Positions 28,640-39,474 of a stretch of 64,000 nt of DNA are shown piece after piece. The stretch lies in contig CAVXTM010000016.1 of the NCBI GenBank assembly GCA_963764725.1, forward strand, positions 192,001-256,000, read 5' to 3'. Origin of the DNA: an uncultured Gammaproteobacteria bacterium (GTDB lineage Bacteria; Pseudomonadota; Gammaproteobacteria; JACCXJ01). Each line of letters opens with the position of its first letter. Position 1 is the stretch's first letter. The notes under the pieces were generated by a model that did not search any database, had not been told where the DNA came from, and saw nothing but the letters and a program-made list of their open reading frames with translations. The translations under genes and the position numbers were made by a program.

Positions 28640-28821
28640 ACCCTGATGATGCCCATTCCGCCTATCCGGCTGATGGAGTTGGTCGAGTCCGGCTACCGTG
28701 TCGGGATCGACAACCAGGATCGTCAGGTCCAGGGGGGTGTTCACGTTTCCTGGTCCTCATGACGCTGGCCGACACCGGTGATAAGGCGCCGCCTCCGCAA
28801 GTCACGATCCAGGCCAATTGA
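28640..28821 (+). pseudogene. Internally deleted remnant of an uncharacterised lipoprotein
   Basis: TLMMPIPPIRLMELVESGY followed closely, in another frame, by a C-terminus-like FLVLMTLADTGDKAPPPQVTIQAN*. Confidence 0.4.
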
Positions 28822-28908
28822 ACGTTTGCACAACCGTATCAGCGGACTCACGCCGTGCCAGTTCGGCGGAACCGGATTGTGGCCTCGATCCCGCAGGGCT
28901 GGTCTAGG

Positions 28909-29190
28909 TCAACGCGACGACTTCTCGTTCTGCAGCGCCTTATCCGTAATCTGCTTGTAGAGGTCCATCATGCGCGCGACCAATTCCTGGTATTCGGGGT
29001 GTCGGGCCACGAGCGACCTGAGATTGTTGGTGTCAGCGAACACTTCGTTCAAAAACCCGAGATCAAAATCGTCCAGACACTCGCCTCGATTAACCTTGTC
29101 TTTTAGCGCGAGTGCCCTTGGGAGCCTCTGCGTTTCCAGTCTTTCCAGAAGTACTGTGATTAGACCCAGATCCTCTGATGATTCACTCAT
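28909..29190 (-). CDS. Small conserved hypothetical protein
   Basis: RBS GAGGAAG, MSESSEDLGLITVLLERLETQRLPRAL; helical, with coding-like composition. Confidence 0.75.
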   Translation of the reverse strand: MSESSEDLGLITVLLERLETQRLPRALALKDKVNRGECLDDFDLGFLNEVFADTNNLRSLVARHPEYQELVARMMDLYKQITDKALQNEKSSR

Positions 29191-29426
29191 GCCTTCTTCC
29201 TCTGGTGGCCGGCTGTGAAAGAGGTCTTGACGCCCTGCATTCAACTTAGCGGATGGCCGTTAGCCTACCCTGCTGAGTACCGGAATAGCACCCACCAGAA
29301 GGCCAATAATGATTAAATGCGCTTTCATTCTTGTTCTCCCATTTAATGGGTCCGAGGGCAAAAGATTGCCAGTTTTGGTTAATCATTGTACTTCATTGCG
29401 ATACGGCAACTGGGTTTAAAACCTCG

Positions 29427-30452
29427 TCAGAGCAACCGCGCCGCCTCATCGAGAAGCTCCCGCTGCGGGCGGAGCTGGTCGCGAGTGCATGTCACCAGGA
29501 GCAGCACAAAGCTCCGCCCGTCACGCAACGTCACCTCTGTCAAGGAAAGCTCTTGCGCCGGCTCCTTGGTTGGAGCAGTAACCAAAATATTCATGCGGTT
29601 GAGCCGCAGGGAAACCTCCTGCAGCGAGAGGTATTGTTCCGGGTGCCCGAGGACCTTATTGAGATGGGGCATGTAGTTATCGAGATTGGTGAGTGCGATG
29701 TGAAGCTTGCGAAAACGCGCCTCGACCTCCGCCAACTCCTTCTGGAGATCCTCTGTCTTTTGGTCCGCATCAGGCTCCGCCTCGACCAGTCCGTGGAGAC
29801 CTTGGCGCTGCCGAGCCATGAGCTTCAGCTTCAGACGCAGCACGGCGCGCTGCTCCTCCAGCCCTTTCTTGCGTTCAAGGGCTTTCGCCACCTGATCGAT
29901 GGCCTCTTCCACTAGGTGATGGAACGCCCGCCGTTCGATCGCAAGCCTAAGCTCGTCCAAGGTCGTTGCGGGCACGATTAGGCGATAATCGGTAAAGCTG
30001 ACGGTGGTCTGAACTACTTCGCTGTGGATCAGCTCGCCGACCAACTCCTTGCCAAAGATCCTACGCTCTTGCCGCTGCATGCCGAACAAAGCAAAGCACT
30101 CTGGGGAGGATTTTCCAGCGCCCTGCTCGAAGAATTCCCGCACCTCTACGCTGCGGTTGACCGTTGCAGGGAGTTCGTCGGCGCGCGCGAAAGCGGCATT
30201 AACCACTGGCTCTCTGCGCCAGGTTTCCGTGTCGAGGGCAAACGGGCCAGGGATCCGCGCGACGATATCACGGGCGTGCTTGAGGGCTGCTTCTACTCCG
30301 GGGCGCAGCTTTTTCTGATAGCCGCGGATGAGTCGGATCCTGGGATCGACAGCTTCGACAAGCTGCTCGATCGCCGCTTGGATGGCTGCCTCTTCAGCGC
30401 TGTCGGGGGAATCTTTCTTGTTTCCGCCAAAAAGTGAAGATAAGAAGCCCAT
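29427..30452 (-). CDS. Hypothetical protein with coiled coil
   Basis: 341-aa ORF, amphipathic start MGFLSSLFGG, central heptad-rich region. Confidence 0.8.
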   Translation of the reverse strand: MGFLSSLFGGNKKDSPDSAEEAAIQAAIEQLVEAVDPRIRLIRGYQKKLRPGVEAALKHARDIVARIPGPFALDTETWRREPVVNAAFARADELPATVNRSVEVREFFEQGAGKSSPECFALFGMQRQERRIFGKELVGELIHSEVVQTTVSFTDYRLIVPATTLDELRLAIERRAFHHLVEEAIDQVAKALERKKGLEEQRAVLRLKLKLMARQRQGLHGLVEAEPDADQKTEDLQKELAEVEARFRKLHIALTNLDNYMPHLNKVLGHPEQYLSLQEVSLRLNRMNILVTAPTKEPAQELSLTEVTLRDGRSFVLLLVTCTRDQLRPQRELLDEAARLL

Positions 30453-30561
30453 CGGGATTCTATAACCCGCCTAAACTGCTTATGACGACCTCGCACCCCG
30501 TTTTCATTAGTCCTGTGCCTATACCCAGCCTGGTGCCGCTGGCGGAGCCAAATGATGGGCC

Positions 30562-30655
30562 GTCATTCCGTACAAGGATTGTACGGAATCCAGACACAGG
30601 GACGTGATCACCTCTGTCATTGCGGCATCTGGATTCCGGCTTTCGCCGGAATGAC
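30562..30655. repeat. GTCATTCC-type palindromic (REP/dRS3-like) element pair
   Basis: GTCATTCCGTAC...GTACGGAATCCAG and an inverted CTGGATTCCGGC-TTTC-GCCGGAATGAC. Confidence 0.7.
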
Positions 30656-30767
30656 AAACTGTACACACGGATCCGTCCATCAATAAAAGGTTGACTGACT
30701 ACTAGCGATCCTGTCTTTTAACGTCTATAGCGTTTCCCTGGTTGGCCGGCGGGGTATTCAGGACGTT

Positions 30768-31433
30768 TCATGCGGCCACAGGCATCTCCGGCACCCTGTC
30801 CGGAATAATCAGCTCAGCCTCGGTGTTCTTCACTACGTCCGCCACACTCACGCCGGGGGCGACCTCTTTAAGCAGGAGTCCTTGGTCCGTGGGTTCAATC
30901 ACAGCCAACTCGGTTACCACCAGATCGATGGGCCGGATAGACGTTAGTGGCAGAGTACATTCGCGTACGATCTTTGGTCTGCCTTTGGCGGTATGCTGCA
31001 TCGCCACGATAACGCGCTTGGCCCCGCTGACAAGGTCCATGGCGCCGCCCATACCCGGCACCATTTTCCCAGGGATCATCCAGTTGGCCAAGTGCCCCTT
31101 CTGGTCGACCTGCAATCCGCCGAGCACGGTGATATCGAGATGGCCGCCGCGGATGAGACCGAAGGACACGCAACTGTCGAATGAGGATGCACCGGGTAAC
31201 GCGGTCACCGGGCGGCCGCCCGCATCCGTGAGGGCTCGATGCGCCATGCCCTCCTCGGGGATGGGGCCTGTGCCAATAAGCCCGTTCTCGGATTGAAAGA
31301 ACACGTGCATGCCCTCGGGTACATAGTTCGCGACCGATGTCGGGATCCCGATGCCGAGGTTCACCAGCATCCCCGCTTGGAGTTCCTGCGCAATGCGCTT
31401 AGCGATGATCGTCTCTGCACTCATATGTGTCAC
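30768..31433 (-). CDS. atoA: 3-oxoacid CoA-transferase subunit B
   Basis: VNLGIGIP, QSENG (catalytic Glu), GMGGAMDL. Confidence 0.9.
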   Translation of the reverse strand: MTHMSAETIIAKRIAQELQAGMLVNLGIGIPTSVANYVPEGMHVFFQSENGLIGTGPIPEEGMAHRALTDAGGRPVTALPGASSFDSCVSFGLIRGGHLDITVLGGLQVDQKGHLANWMIPGKMVPGMGGAMDLVSGAKRVIVAMQHTAKGRPKIVRECTLPLTSIRPIDLVVTELAVIEPTDQGLLLKEVAPGVSVADVVKNTEAELIIPDRVPEMPVAA

Positions 31434-32077
31434 CCATGCTTAATGAGGTAATCGACCAGGGGTGCCTGCGTAATCACGTGATCGGGCGAGATCACGCCCA
31501 CCGGCACAATGTTTTCCGCGTTGACGATCACCGTGTCAGCCGCCATGGCCATCATCGGATTGAAGTTTCTCGCGGTAAGCGCGTAGTACAGGTTACCGAG
31601 GTAGTCGGCAACCATTGCGTGGATCAGGGCAAAATCGGCACGCAGCGGCAGCTCCAGAAGAAAGGTTTTGCCGTCGCTCTCGATCGTGCGCTTACCCTCT
31701 TCGGCCAGCGTCCCGACACCGGTCGGCGTCAGGATGCCGCCAAGACCATAGCCGCCGGCACGGATACGCTCCGCGAGCGTGCCCTGGGGCACCAGCTCCA
31801 CCTGGGTTTCGCCCGCGATCATCTGCTGCTGCGTTTCCGGGTTGAGGCCGATGTGGCTCACGATTGCTTTGCTCACGAGCTTGGCGCTGATGAGCTTGCC
31901 GATGCCGACCCCCGGCATCGCGGTGTCGTTACCAATAACCGTAAGGTCCCGCTTACCCTGCCTAATAAGCTCGTCCATCACCCGCTCCGGGGTACCCACA
32001 CCCATGAATCCCCCGATCATCAGCGTGGCGCCGTCGGGTATCAAGGCCACCGCTTCATTAAGTGCAATGCCTTTCAT
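31430..32077 (-). CDS. atoD: 3-oxoacid CoA-transferase subunit A
   Basis: DGATLMIGGF, PQGTLAERIRAGG, ARNFNP. Confidence 0.9.
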   Translation of the reverse strand: MKGIALNEAVALIPDGATLMIGGFMGVGTPERVMDELIRQGKRDLTVIGNDTAMPGVGIGKLISAKLVSKAIVSHIGLNPETQQQMIAGETQVELVPQGTLAERIRAGGYGLGGILTPTGVGTLAEEGKRTIESDGKTFLLELPLRADFALIHAMVADYLGNLYYALTARNFNPMMAMAADTVIVNAENIVPVGVISPDHVITQAPLVDYLIKHG

Positions 32078-32102
32078 TTGGTCTTGTCTCCCACGGTTCC
32101 GC

Positions 32103-32893
32103 TCACCCCATCACGTGATAACCGCCGTCGATATAGACGGTATCCCCGTTGATCATGCGTGCGATCGGGAGGGCGAGAAAGGCTACGGCCGCCCCCACGT
32201 CTGCAATCGTCGCGAGCTGATAGCTGGGTGCCCGCTCCGCGGCTTCGTTTAACATCTCGTCGAAATGTTTCAACCCCGAGGCGGCACGGGTCTTCACGGG
32301 ACCCGGCGAGACGGTGTACACGCGTATTCCTTTCGGGCCTAGCTCGTAGGCCAGATAGCGCACGACACACTCGAGCGCCGCCTTGACGGGGCCCATGAGG
32401 TTGTAGTTCTTCACCACCTTCTCGGCGCCATAGAAGCTCATCGCGAACAGCGCTCCACCATCGGTCATTAGCGGTTCCGCCAGCTTCGCCATACGGATGA
32501 ACGAATGGCAGGACACGTCTATCGCCTTAAGGAACCCGGCACTGGAAGAGTCTACAAGCCGCCCCTGCAAATCTTCCTTAGGCGCGAATGCGATGGAGTG
32601 CAAGGCAAAATCCAGTCGTCCCCACTTCTCCCGAATCTCTGCAAACAGCGATTCGAGCTGCCCCTCCTGTTGTACGTCGCAGGGCATGAAGATTCCGGCG
32701 CTTCCAGTTCTTCGGCGATGGGCTCAACATAGGGTTTAGCCTTGTCGTTGAGGTAGGTGAGGGCAAGCTCCGCCCCTATGGTCTTAAACGCCTTGGCGCA
32801 TCCATAGGCAATCGAATCTTGATTGGCGATGCCGAGCACTAAACCTTTCTTGCCTGCCAGGGTCCGGTTTTTGGGGTCAAACAGTTCGAACAT
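32103..32893 (-). CDS. fabI: Enoyl-ACP reductase (one frameshift near 32690)
   Basis: GLVLGIANQDSIAYG, LHSIAFAP, YNLMGPVKAALE, SPGPVKTRAASG, split over two frames. Confidence 0.85.
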
Positions 32894-32957
32894 GAGTATT
32901 CCTTCGTTTTCAGTTGGTTTAGCGGGTTACAGGCCGGGTCCCCACGTCCCCACTCGC

Positions 32958-34170
32958 CTAAATATTCTGCGCAATAGCAACGTCCGTCGGCGCCACGAGC
33001 CGCCGCGTGTGCATGGCGATCATGCGCTCCTCGTCAGTAGGTATGATCCAGACCGACGGGGAGGTACCAGGGCGAGAAATGCACGCTCGGCCGTCACGGT
33101 TGGCCACATCATCCAGCTCTACCCCCAGCCAGGCCGCATCCTTGCAGACGCGGCGGCGGATCTCCGGGGAGTTTTCGCCGATGCCGGCGGTGAAGACGAG
33201 CGCGTCCAATCCGCCCAGCGATGCGGCCAAAGCGCCCAGCTCCTGGCCGATGCGGTAGACAAAGTAATCGATGGCTTCGCTGGCACGTGGCTCTTGGCTC
33301 TTTAGTAGGTCCCGAAGATCGTTGCTGATCCCGGAAATTCCGAGTAAGCCCGAGTCCTTATACAAAAGGTCTTCGAGCTGATCGACATTCATGCCCTTCT
33401 CGCGCATCAGATATAATAGGACACCGGGGTCCAAGCTTCCGCAGCGCGTACCCATGGGTATTCCGTCCAACGCCGAAAAGCCCATGGTCGTTTCAACACT
33501 CTTACCGTTCTTGATCGCGCACATACTTGCGCCGCTGCCGAGATGGGCTACTACCACCCGCCCATCCGCGATCGAGGGCGCCACCTCCCTAAGCCGCCGT
33601 GCGATGTACTCATACGACAACCCGTGGAACCCGTAGCGCCGAACACCGCTCTGGTAAAGCTCATCGGGCAGACCAAAGCGGTCCGCTACCCGCGGATGGC
33701 CCCTGTGGAACGCGGTGTCGAAGCACGCCACCTGCGGAAGCTCAGGTCGCGTTTTCATGATCGCCCGGATGGGCTGGAGATTATGCGGTTGATGCAGAGG
33801 CACCAGCGGTATGAGCGACTCCAGGGCCCCGAGCACACGGCTGTCGATCACTACGGGTTCCGAAAACTGAGGTCCTCCGTGGGCCACCCGGTGCCCGACC
33901 GCCGTCAGTTTCGACTCCTGCGGTATATTCGCGCAGCCACGCCCCGAGGACCTCGAACGCCTTGCCATGCGCTTCTTCCTCCGCAGCGGCCTCCCACCGG
34001 GTCTCTGTCAGTACGGCTCCCGCGGCGTCCTTGGCAATGAACCGCGGCGCCGTGATGATCCCGTCGATTTGGCCCTTCGCGATCAGCGTCAGGTCGCTGT
34101 TGGCCGGCTCGAAAACGGAGAATTTGACGCTGGATGAGCCGGCGTTGAGGACAACCACAAGCCCGCTCAT
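32958..34170 (-). CDS. ackA: Acetate/propionate kinase (one frameshift near 33920)
   Basis: [56 protein letters not shown]. Confidence 0.9.
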
Positions 34171-35579
34171 GCGGCTCCCTCAGTAGCCGTTGTGCCGCGC
34201 AAGGCATGGGCGTAGAGGACGGCAACCCCGCAGGAGGCCATCCGCGAGCGCACATTGTCCGCTCGGCTGGTCAAAACGATCGGCACCCTTGCCCCGAGCA
34301 CGATCCCGGCCGCGTCGGCATGGGCTAGGAACGTGAGCTGCTTAGCCAGGATGTTGCCCGCCTCGAGGTCGGGCGCCAGCAAGATGTCCGCATCCCCAGC
34401 CACCTTCGACTCGATGCCCTTGGTCTTAGCGGCCTCCTCGCTGATGGCGTTATCCAGCGCCAAGGGGCCATCCAAAATGGCGCCGCTGATCTGCCCGCGC
34501 TCGGCCATCTTGCACAGCGCCGCGGCTTCTACGGTTGAGGGGATTTTCGCTCGCACCGTTTCTACAGCCGAGAGGATCGCGACTTTCGGGGTTTTGTTCC
34601 CGAGAGCATGAGCTAGATCGATGGCGTTTTGGCAGATGTCCCGCTTAGTATCGAGATCGGGTGCGATGTTGATCGCTGCATCGGTTACCAGCAGAACCTT
34701 GTGATAGGTAGGAACATCCATGACGAAAACATGGCTGATCCGGCGCTCTGTCCGCAGCCCCGTGCTTGATGAGACGACAGCCGCTAGCAGTTCATCCGTG
34801 TGTAGGCTACCTTTCATCAGCACCTCGGCTTCGCCGGCCCGAATGAGTTCCACGGCCTTGGCGGCGGCACCATGGCTGTGATCGGCGTTCACCAGTCGAT
34901 AGGCTTTGAGGTCGAGTCCGCATTCGCCAGCCACCTGCAAAATTTTCTCTGTCGGCCCCACCAAGGTTGGAATAATGAGTCCCGCTTCAGCCGCCTCGAT
35001 GGCGCCTCTGAGCGCCGTCTCCTCGCAGGGATGGGCCACCGCCACAGACACGGGATCGAGCTGCGAGCACCTATCGATCAGCGCCTTATAGCGATCGTGG
35101 CGCTGGACCAAGACGCCGGACGCCTCCACTACTGCCCCGGCCCACTTTTCTTTGGGCGCGAGCACCTCAGCCGTGCCCGTCAGTACAAGCTCCTGGTGTT
35201 GGTTGACCACGCGGCAGTCAAAGGCCACCGAATTGTCCCTGGGCTTCTTGTCCGTCACGGTGATAGTAACGGAGGCGGTGTCGCCGACAAAAAGTGGCTG
35301 CAGAAACCGCAGGTCCTGACGTCGATAGACCGTGCCGGGCCCCGGCAAGACGTTTCCGAGGAGGCTCGAGATGAGGGAACCGCCCCATAAGCTATGGCCC
35401 ACGACCCCCCCTTGACCGCTTTTTTTCATGTAAGCGCTGTCCAGATGTGTTGGGTTTAGGTCGCCCGAAGCGGCGGCAAAAAGGTTGATGTCCTGCTCGC
35501 TGAGTGTCCGTGTAACCGTGGCGGAATCGCCGATCTGGATCTCGTCAAAGGTCCGGTTCTCGATAGTTTCTTTACCCAT
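34167..35579 (-). CDS. Bifunctional MaoC-type enoyl-CoA hydratase / phosphate acetyl(butyryl)transferase
   Basis: N-terminal FAAASGDLNPTHLD (MaoC); C-terminal LMKGSLHTD, TDAAINIAP, DGPLALDNAI, LTSRAD. Confidence 0.95.
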   Translation of the reverse strand: MGKETIENRTFDEIQIGDSATVTRTLSEQDINLFAAASGDLNPTHLDSAYMKKSGQGGVVGHSLWGGSLISSLLGNVLPGPGTVYRRQDLRFLQPLFVGDTASVTITVTDKKPRDNSVAFDCRVVNQHQELVLTGTAEVLAPKEKWAGAVVEASGVLVQRHDRYKALIDRCSQLDPVSVAVAHPCEETALRGAIEAAEAGLIIPTLVGPTEKILQVAGECGLDLKAYRLVNADHSHGAAAKAVELIRAGEAEVLMKGSLHTDELLAAVVSSSTGLRTERRISHVFVMDVPTYHKVLLVTDAAINIAPDLDTKRDICQNAIDLAHALGNKTPKVAILSAVETVRAKIPSTVEAAALCKMAERGQISGAILDGPLALDNAISEEAAKTKGIESKVAGDADILLAPDLEAGNILAKQLTFLAHADAAGIVLGARVPIVLTSRADNVRSRMASCGVAVLYAHALRGTTATEGAA

Positions 35580-35612
35580 AGATATCCTCTTGCAACGACG
35601 CCGGATCGAAAA

Positions 35613-37967
35613 TTAGGCAGCCACACCCTTCTTGCGGCTTGCCGCCACGGGTTTGACTGCTTCGACCCCGAAAAGCCCGGCGACACGGATGAGGCGCCGG
35701 CGCCGCTCTTCGCTCGGCTCGCCGGCGGCCAGCACGATCTCCCGTATGGTTGCGAACCATCTCTGCCTCTGCTCACGGTCCTCAGGCAGCATACTCGGGA
35801 TGGCGCGAACCGCGCCCTCTTCGTCGAGCAGCAGCATGAAGAACTGCTCGCGTAGCTTGTGCTTGAACTCCGCAAGCGGTATTCCCTTATGTTCGGCCCG
35901 CACGCGGCGGAGAACGGCGAAACCACGCTCGTCGACGAAGGCATCCCGGAGCCCGATGTAGAGCAGCGCACGGATCCCCGCCTCACGCAAACCACCCTCT
36001 GCGATCCGAGCCTTGAGCTGCGCGATCTTCTCCTCGATGTAGGCCCGCTCCTCGGGCTCGAGGCCGGGCCGGCGCCGGGGGCTCTCGTCGGTAGCATTAA
36101 GGCCAAGCAGTGGCTGGACCAAGGGCGAGCCATAGATGGTGTGAAAGATCGCTTCCTGGGTTTGGTCGCGGAGATCGCCGTAAGCCTCAAGCATGGTGAC
36201 GATCATCCGCGACACCTGCTCCTGAAAAGCCACGAAGGGATTATCAGGCGAGGCAGCGCGGCGCTGTGTGCGTACCTGCTCGGCAAGCTTAGCCACCGGT
36301 CGCATGAATGGATTGGCGTCGGAAAAGAGCTCGTATTGCAGGCGCAGCGGATGAGTCTTGTGCAGCCACTCCGCCGTCTGCTCGTTGACCATCATCTTGA
36401 CCCAGGGCTGGAGAAAGGTGCGGTAGAGCCCGAGATTGATCTCGGAGAGTCTGGCCACCGCGGCGAATTTGCGCTCATCCGTGACGCTGTTGTACCCGAG
36501 TGCGCGGATGTCGTCGAGCGTGCGCATCTCGAAGCGGACGATAAAGTCGCCGGTCGCGAGATCCACGTTTGCTTCCTGCCCAGACTTAGGCCGGATCACC
36601 GCCTCGTAGAGACCCGGTGGCAGGCAATCGATCAGATCGATATTGTGGGCAAACTCCTGGTGCTCCTTGACCGCTACCTTGCCCGAAACGAAGATCCCGA
36701 GGTGACCGATCGACTCGTGAACACAGTAGACGATGGTCTGACCGTGCGCGCGGATGTCGTCGACGTCTTTATAAAGGTCGAGGATCCAGTCGAGCGCCTG
36801 CTGCGGTGGGGTGATATCGTCGCCCCAGGAACAGAAGCAGATGATGGGGGACTTAATTCTGCGCGGATCGAGGCGCTTCCCGTCCGAGGTCACGATCTCG
36901 GCGGTGGCGAGCTTGTTTCCGACGAAGAGCTTGTCGACGATGTACTGCATCTCCTCGCCGTTAAGGGTAGGATGCACAGTCCACCACTTCTCGAAGCCGA
37001 GGTAACGTGGAGCCTCGGTGTCGACCTTAGCCCAGAGGTTGTATTGCTTGGTCCAGAGCGTATTAGCCGGATTGAGGTTCTCGAAGTTGGCAACCAACCA
37101 GGAACCGTTAAATTTTCCGTGGCCGAGGTCGCTCGTAAGGGCGGTGAGCCAACTCCCGCCCAGAAGCCCGCCCGTGTACCGCATTGGATTCTTTCCGCGC
37201 ACGCCCGCCCAGTAAGAGAGTGGCGACCCGGCAAGCAGGATCGGCCCAAACAGCTCGGGACGCTGCGCGGCCACCAGCATGACGGCCCAGCCGGCCTGAC
37301 AGTTGCCGATGACGAACGGTTTGCCGTCGGCCTCGGGATGCAGCTCGATGACCTTCTCTAAAAATTGCGCTTCCGCTTCGGCGATATCCTCGATGGTTTG
37401 GCCCGGAACGGGCTCCGGCAGGAAGCCGATGAAGTACGCTGGATGGCCGGCTTCGATAGCCATACCGATCTCGCTCTGCGCCTTGAAGCCGCCGATGCCG
37501 GGACCGTGGCCAGCGCGCGGGTCGATGACGACGAAAGGACGGTTTTTCGGATCCACCGTCTTGCCCGCCGGCGGTTTGATCCGCACCAGAGCGTAATTGA
37601 CCGGCCGCTCGAGCGAGCGGCCGTCCATGACGACCTCCAAGTCAAACTCGAGCACGTGCGGCGCGGTCTTTGAGGTCTGTTCGAGGTGCTGGTTGCCGCG
37701 CTCTCGCAGCACATCGAGAAACAGGCACGTACGCTGGCTAGCGTCGATCAGGTATTCCCAGCCAGGAACGAAGAGACCGGCGGCAAGAAAGGACCGAGGA
37801 TTGTTACTCTGTCCCGTTTCACCGAGCACTGGCATAAGGCCCCAGAACTGCGGGGTGGGCTGGCTGGCGTCGATTAGCTTTCCCCAGGAACTCGTGCAGG
37901 CGTTCATGAACTGGGAAGCCAGGCCGAAGCCGGTTTTAACAAATTCAAGAGGCATATTACTCGACAT
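35613..37967 (-). CDS. DUF3141 domain protein (PHA synthase-like alpha/beta hydrolase)
   Basis: DPRAGHGPGIGGFK, lipase-box-like GNCQAG, GDDITPPQQAL, GHLGIFVS (Cys/Asp/His triad). Confidence 0.9.
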   Translation of the reverse strand: MSSNMPLEFVKTGFGLASQFMNACTSSWGKLIDASQPTPQFWGLMPVLGETGQSNNPRSFLAAGLFVPGWEYLIDASQRTCLFLDVLRERGNQHLEQTSKTAPHVLEFDLEVVMDGRSLERPVNYALVRIKPPAGKTVDPKNRPFVVIDPRAGHGPGIGGFKAQSEIGMAIEAGHPAYFIGFLPEPVPGQTIEDIAEAEAQFLEKVIELHPEADGKPFVIGNCQAGWAVMLVAAQRPELFGPILLAGSPLSYWAGVRGKNPMRYTGGLLGGSWLTALTSDLGHGKFNGSWLVANFENLNPANTLWTKQYNLWAKVDTEAPRYLGFEKWWTVHPTLNGEEMQYIVDKLFVGNKLATAEIVTSDGKRLDPRRIKSPIICFCSWGDDITPPQQALDWILDLYKDVDDIRAHGQTIVYCVHESIGHLGIFVSGKVAVKEHQEFAHNIDLIDCLPPGLYEAVIRPKSGQEANVDLATGDFIVRFEMRTLDDIRALGYNSVTDERKFAAVARLSEINLGLYRTFLQPWVKMMVNEQTAEWLHKTHPLRLQYELFSDANPFMRPVAKLAEQVRTQRRAASPDNPFVAFQEQVSRMIVTMLEAYGDLRDQTQEAIFHTIYGSPLVQPLLGLNATDESPRRRPGLEPEERAYIEEKIAQLKARIAEGGLREAGIRALLYIGLRDAFVDERGFAVLRRVRAEHKGIPLAEFKHKLREQFFMLLLDEEGAVRAIPSMLPEDREQRQRWFATIREIVLAAGEPSEERRRRLIRVAGLFGVEAVKPVAASRKKGVAA

Positions 37968-38292
37968 CTTAATTCTCCAAGGGCAAGGTCATTCCTCCTA
38001 GGCGTTTCCTAGGCGCTTCCTATGCGATTGTAGCGCAGCGGAAAATTCTTACGGGCGTGCGTGCGAACGCTTTCCTGTGCTTGTCGAAGCACGCGCAGCA
38101 GATACGTCTGTTTCCCAACGTTAAGGTTGACGCAATGCACAATATCATAGAGACAGTGGACAATCTAGATCAAAACTACTCAGGTTTCCCGCGTTGATAT
38201 GCTATGTGTAGGGCTTACCGTTTTCTTTAAGATGACTTTTCAACCCCATCCAAGTAAAGCGCCTCGATTAAAGGACAATTCGGGATATCCCG

Positions 38293-38489
38293 GTCTTCGC
38301 AGCGGGCAGTCAACCTCTGGTGGTCGAATCGCGCCATGGCGAGATTACCGCCAGATGCCGAGCAAGGTGCGAGGATCTGCAAGCACGTCAAGACAAGGAT
38401 GGCAAGGTACTGAGCCGCAGGATGCGTTCGGTGATCGAAGAGGTCCCATAGGCCCCTCCGTGGTTCCACGAAGCTCAACCGCCGTAACC
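38293..38489. repeat. ~200 bp dispersed element, copy 1
   Basis: Two blocks nearly identical to 47344-47398 and 47580-47716. Confidence 0.9.
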
Positions 38490-38955
38490 TCCGCCAGCGC
38501 CTTGCCTCGGTCGTCCGCTTGGCGCCTCCCCGCACCGCTTGGTTCTTCCTTCCCACCGAGCACCCCCAATAACACATCGTGCCGCAGGGTGTCGTGATCG
38601 TTCAGATCCTCGTACCCGAGCGCCATCCCATACACCCGCTGTTCGATGAGCGACTCCACCGAGTGCTCGATCAACTCCGGATCCCGATGATCGATGAAAC
38701 ACCCCGCCAGGCGCTTCAGAATATGCGTCCGCGACTCCACCTCCCGCAACAGCACACTACCCCCATCGGAGCTGATCCTCCCCCCATCAAACCTCCCTAC
38801 CACCCGCCGCGCTCCAAGACCGTGAAATTCCATCCGCCCTGCATTACACTGTGTTTCCATAAGGCCGTCCTCGTCATTGTGTATAACATGCTGATCGCAC
38901 ACATATTATGCCACGAGCTACGGCCTTTTTCTTGGCTATCGGTGAGAAATCCGGG
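38490..38955 (-). mobile_element. IS1380 family element, truncated (left end plus transposase N-terminus from ATG 38860)
   Basis: Terminus CCCGGATTTCTCAC; FDGGRISSDGG.LL, DHRDP..IEHS, ALGYEDLNDHDTLR. Similarity stops at GKALA. Confidence 0.9.
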
Positions 38956-39280
38956 CTAGCGCAGCAGGGGACATACCCGGCATCAAAGTTGATAATGGCG
39001 CGAAACCACTTGCCGGCTCGCCGGGAGAAAACATCACCGAAGGACTCGATGGGCTCGGTAACCGCCTCAAGGAGTACCGCGACATGGGCGCGCGCTTCGC
39101 CAAATGGCGGGCGGTGATCGCCGTAAGCGATACGCTCCCGAGCGCCACCTGCGTGAATGTAAACGCGCACGCGCTCGCTCGTTATGCCGCACTCTGCCAG
39201 GAGCACGGCGTGGTACCCATCGTTGAACCCGAAGTGCTAATGGACGGATCGCACACCATCGAGCGTTGCGAAGAAGTGGG
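38956..39280 (+). pseudogene. Internal fragment of class I fructose-bisphosphate aldolase
   Basis: PGIKVD.G, ITEGLDGL, GARFAKWRAVI, LARYAALCQE.G.VPIVEPEVLMDG. Cut at the IS end and at the 3' side. Confidence 0.9.
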
Positions 39281-39474
39281 CGCGCGCTGCAGGACGAAGC
39301 GCTTAATGCCTGGCATGGAAGGAACGAAAATCTCAAAGCAGGCCAGCGGGCATTTTATCATCGCGCCAAGTGCGACAGCGCGGCTGCCCTGGGCAAATAT
39401 ACGACTGCTATGGAAGCGAATTGAAATGCGGCGCACAGCGCCGCGAGCTTTACCAGAAAACAATGGAGGATGCA

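Noticed and set aside
35859-37361. Long antisense ORFs (also 42757-44172, 45468-46844, 27158-28204)
   Set aside because: Typical shadow ORFs opposite high-GC genes, with no recognisable motifs.
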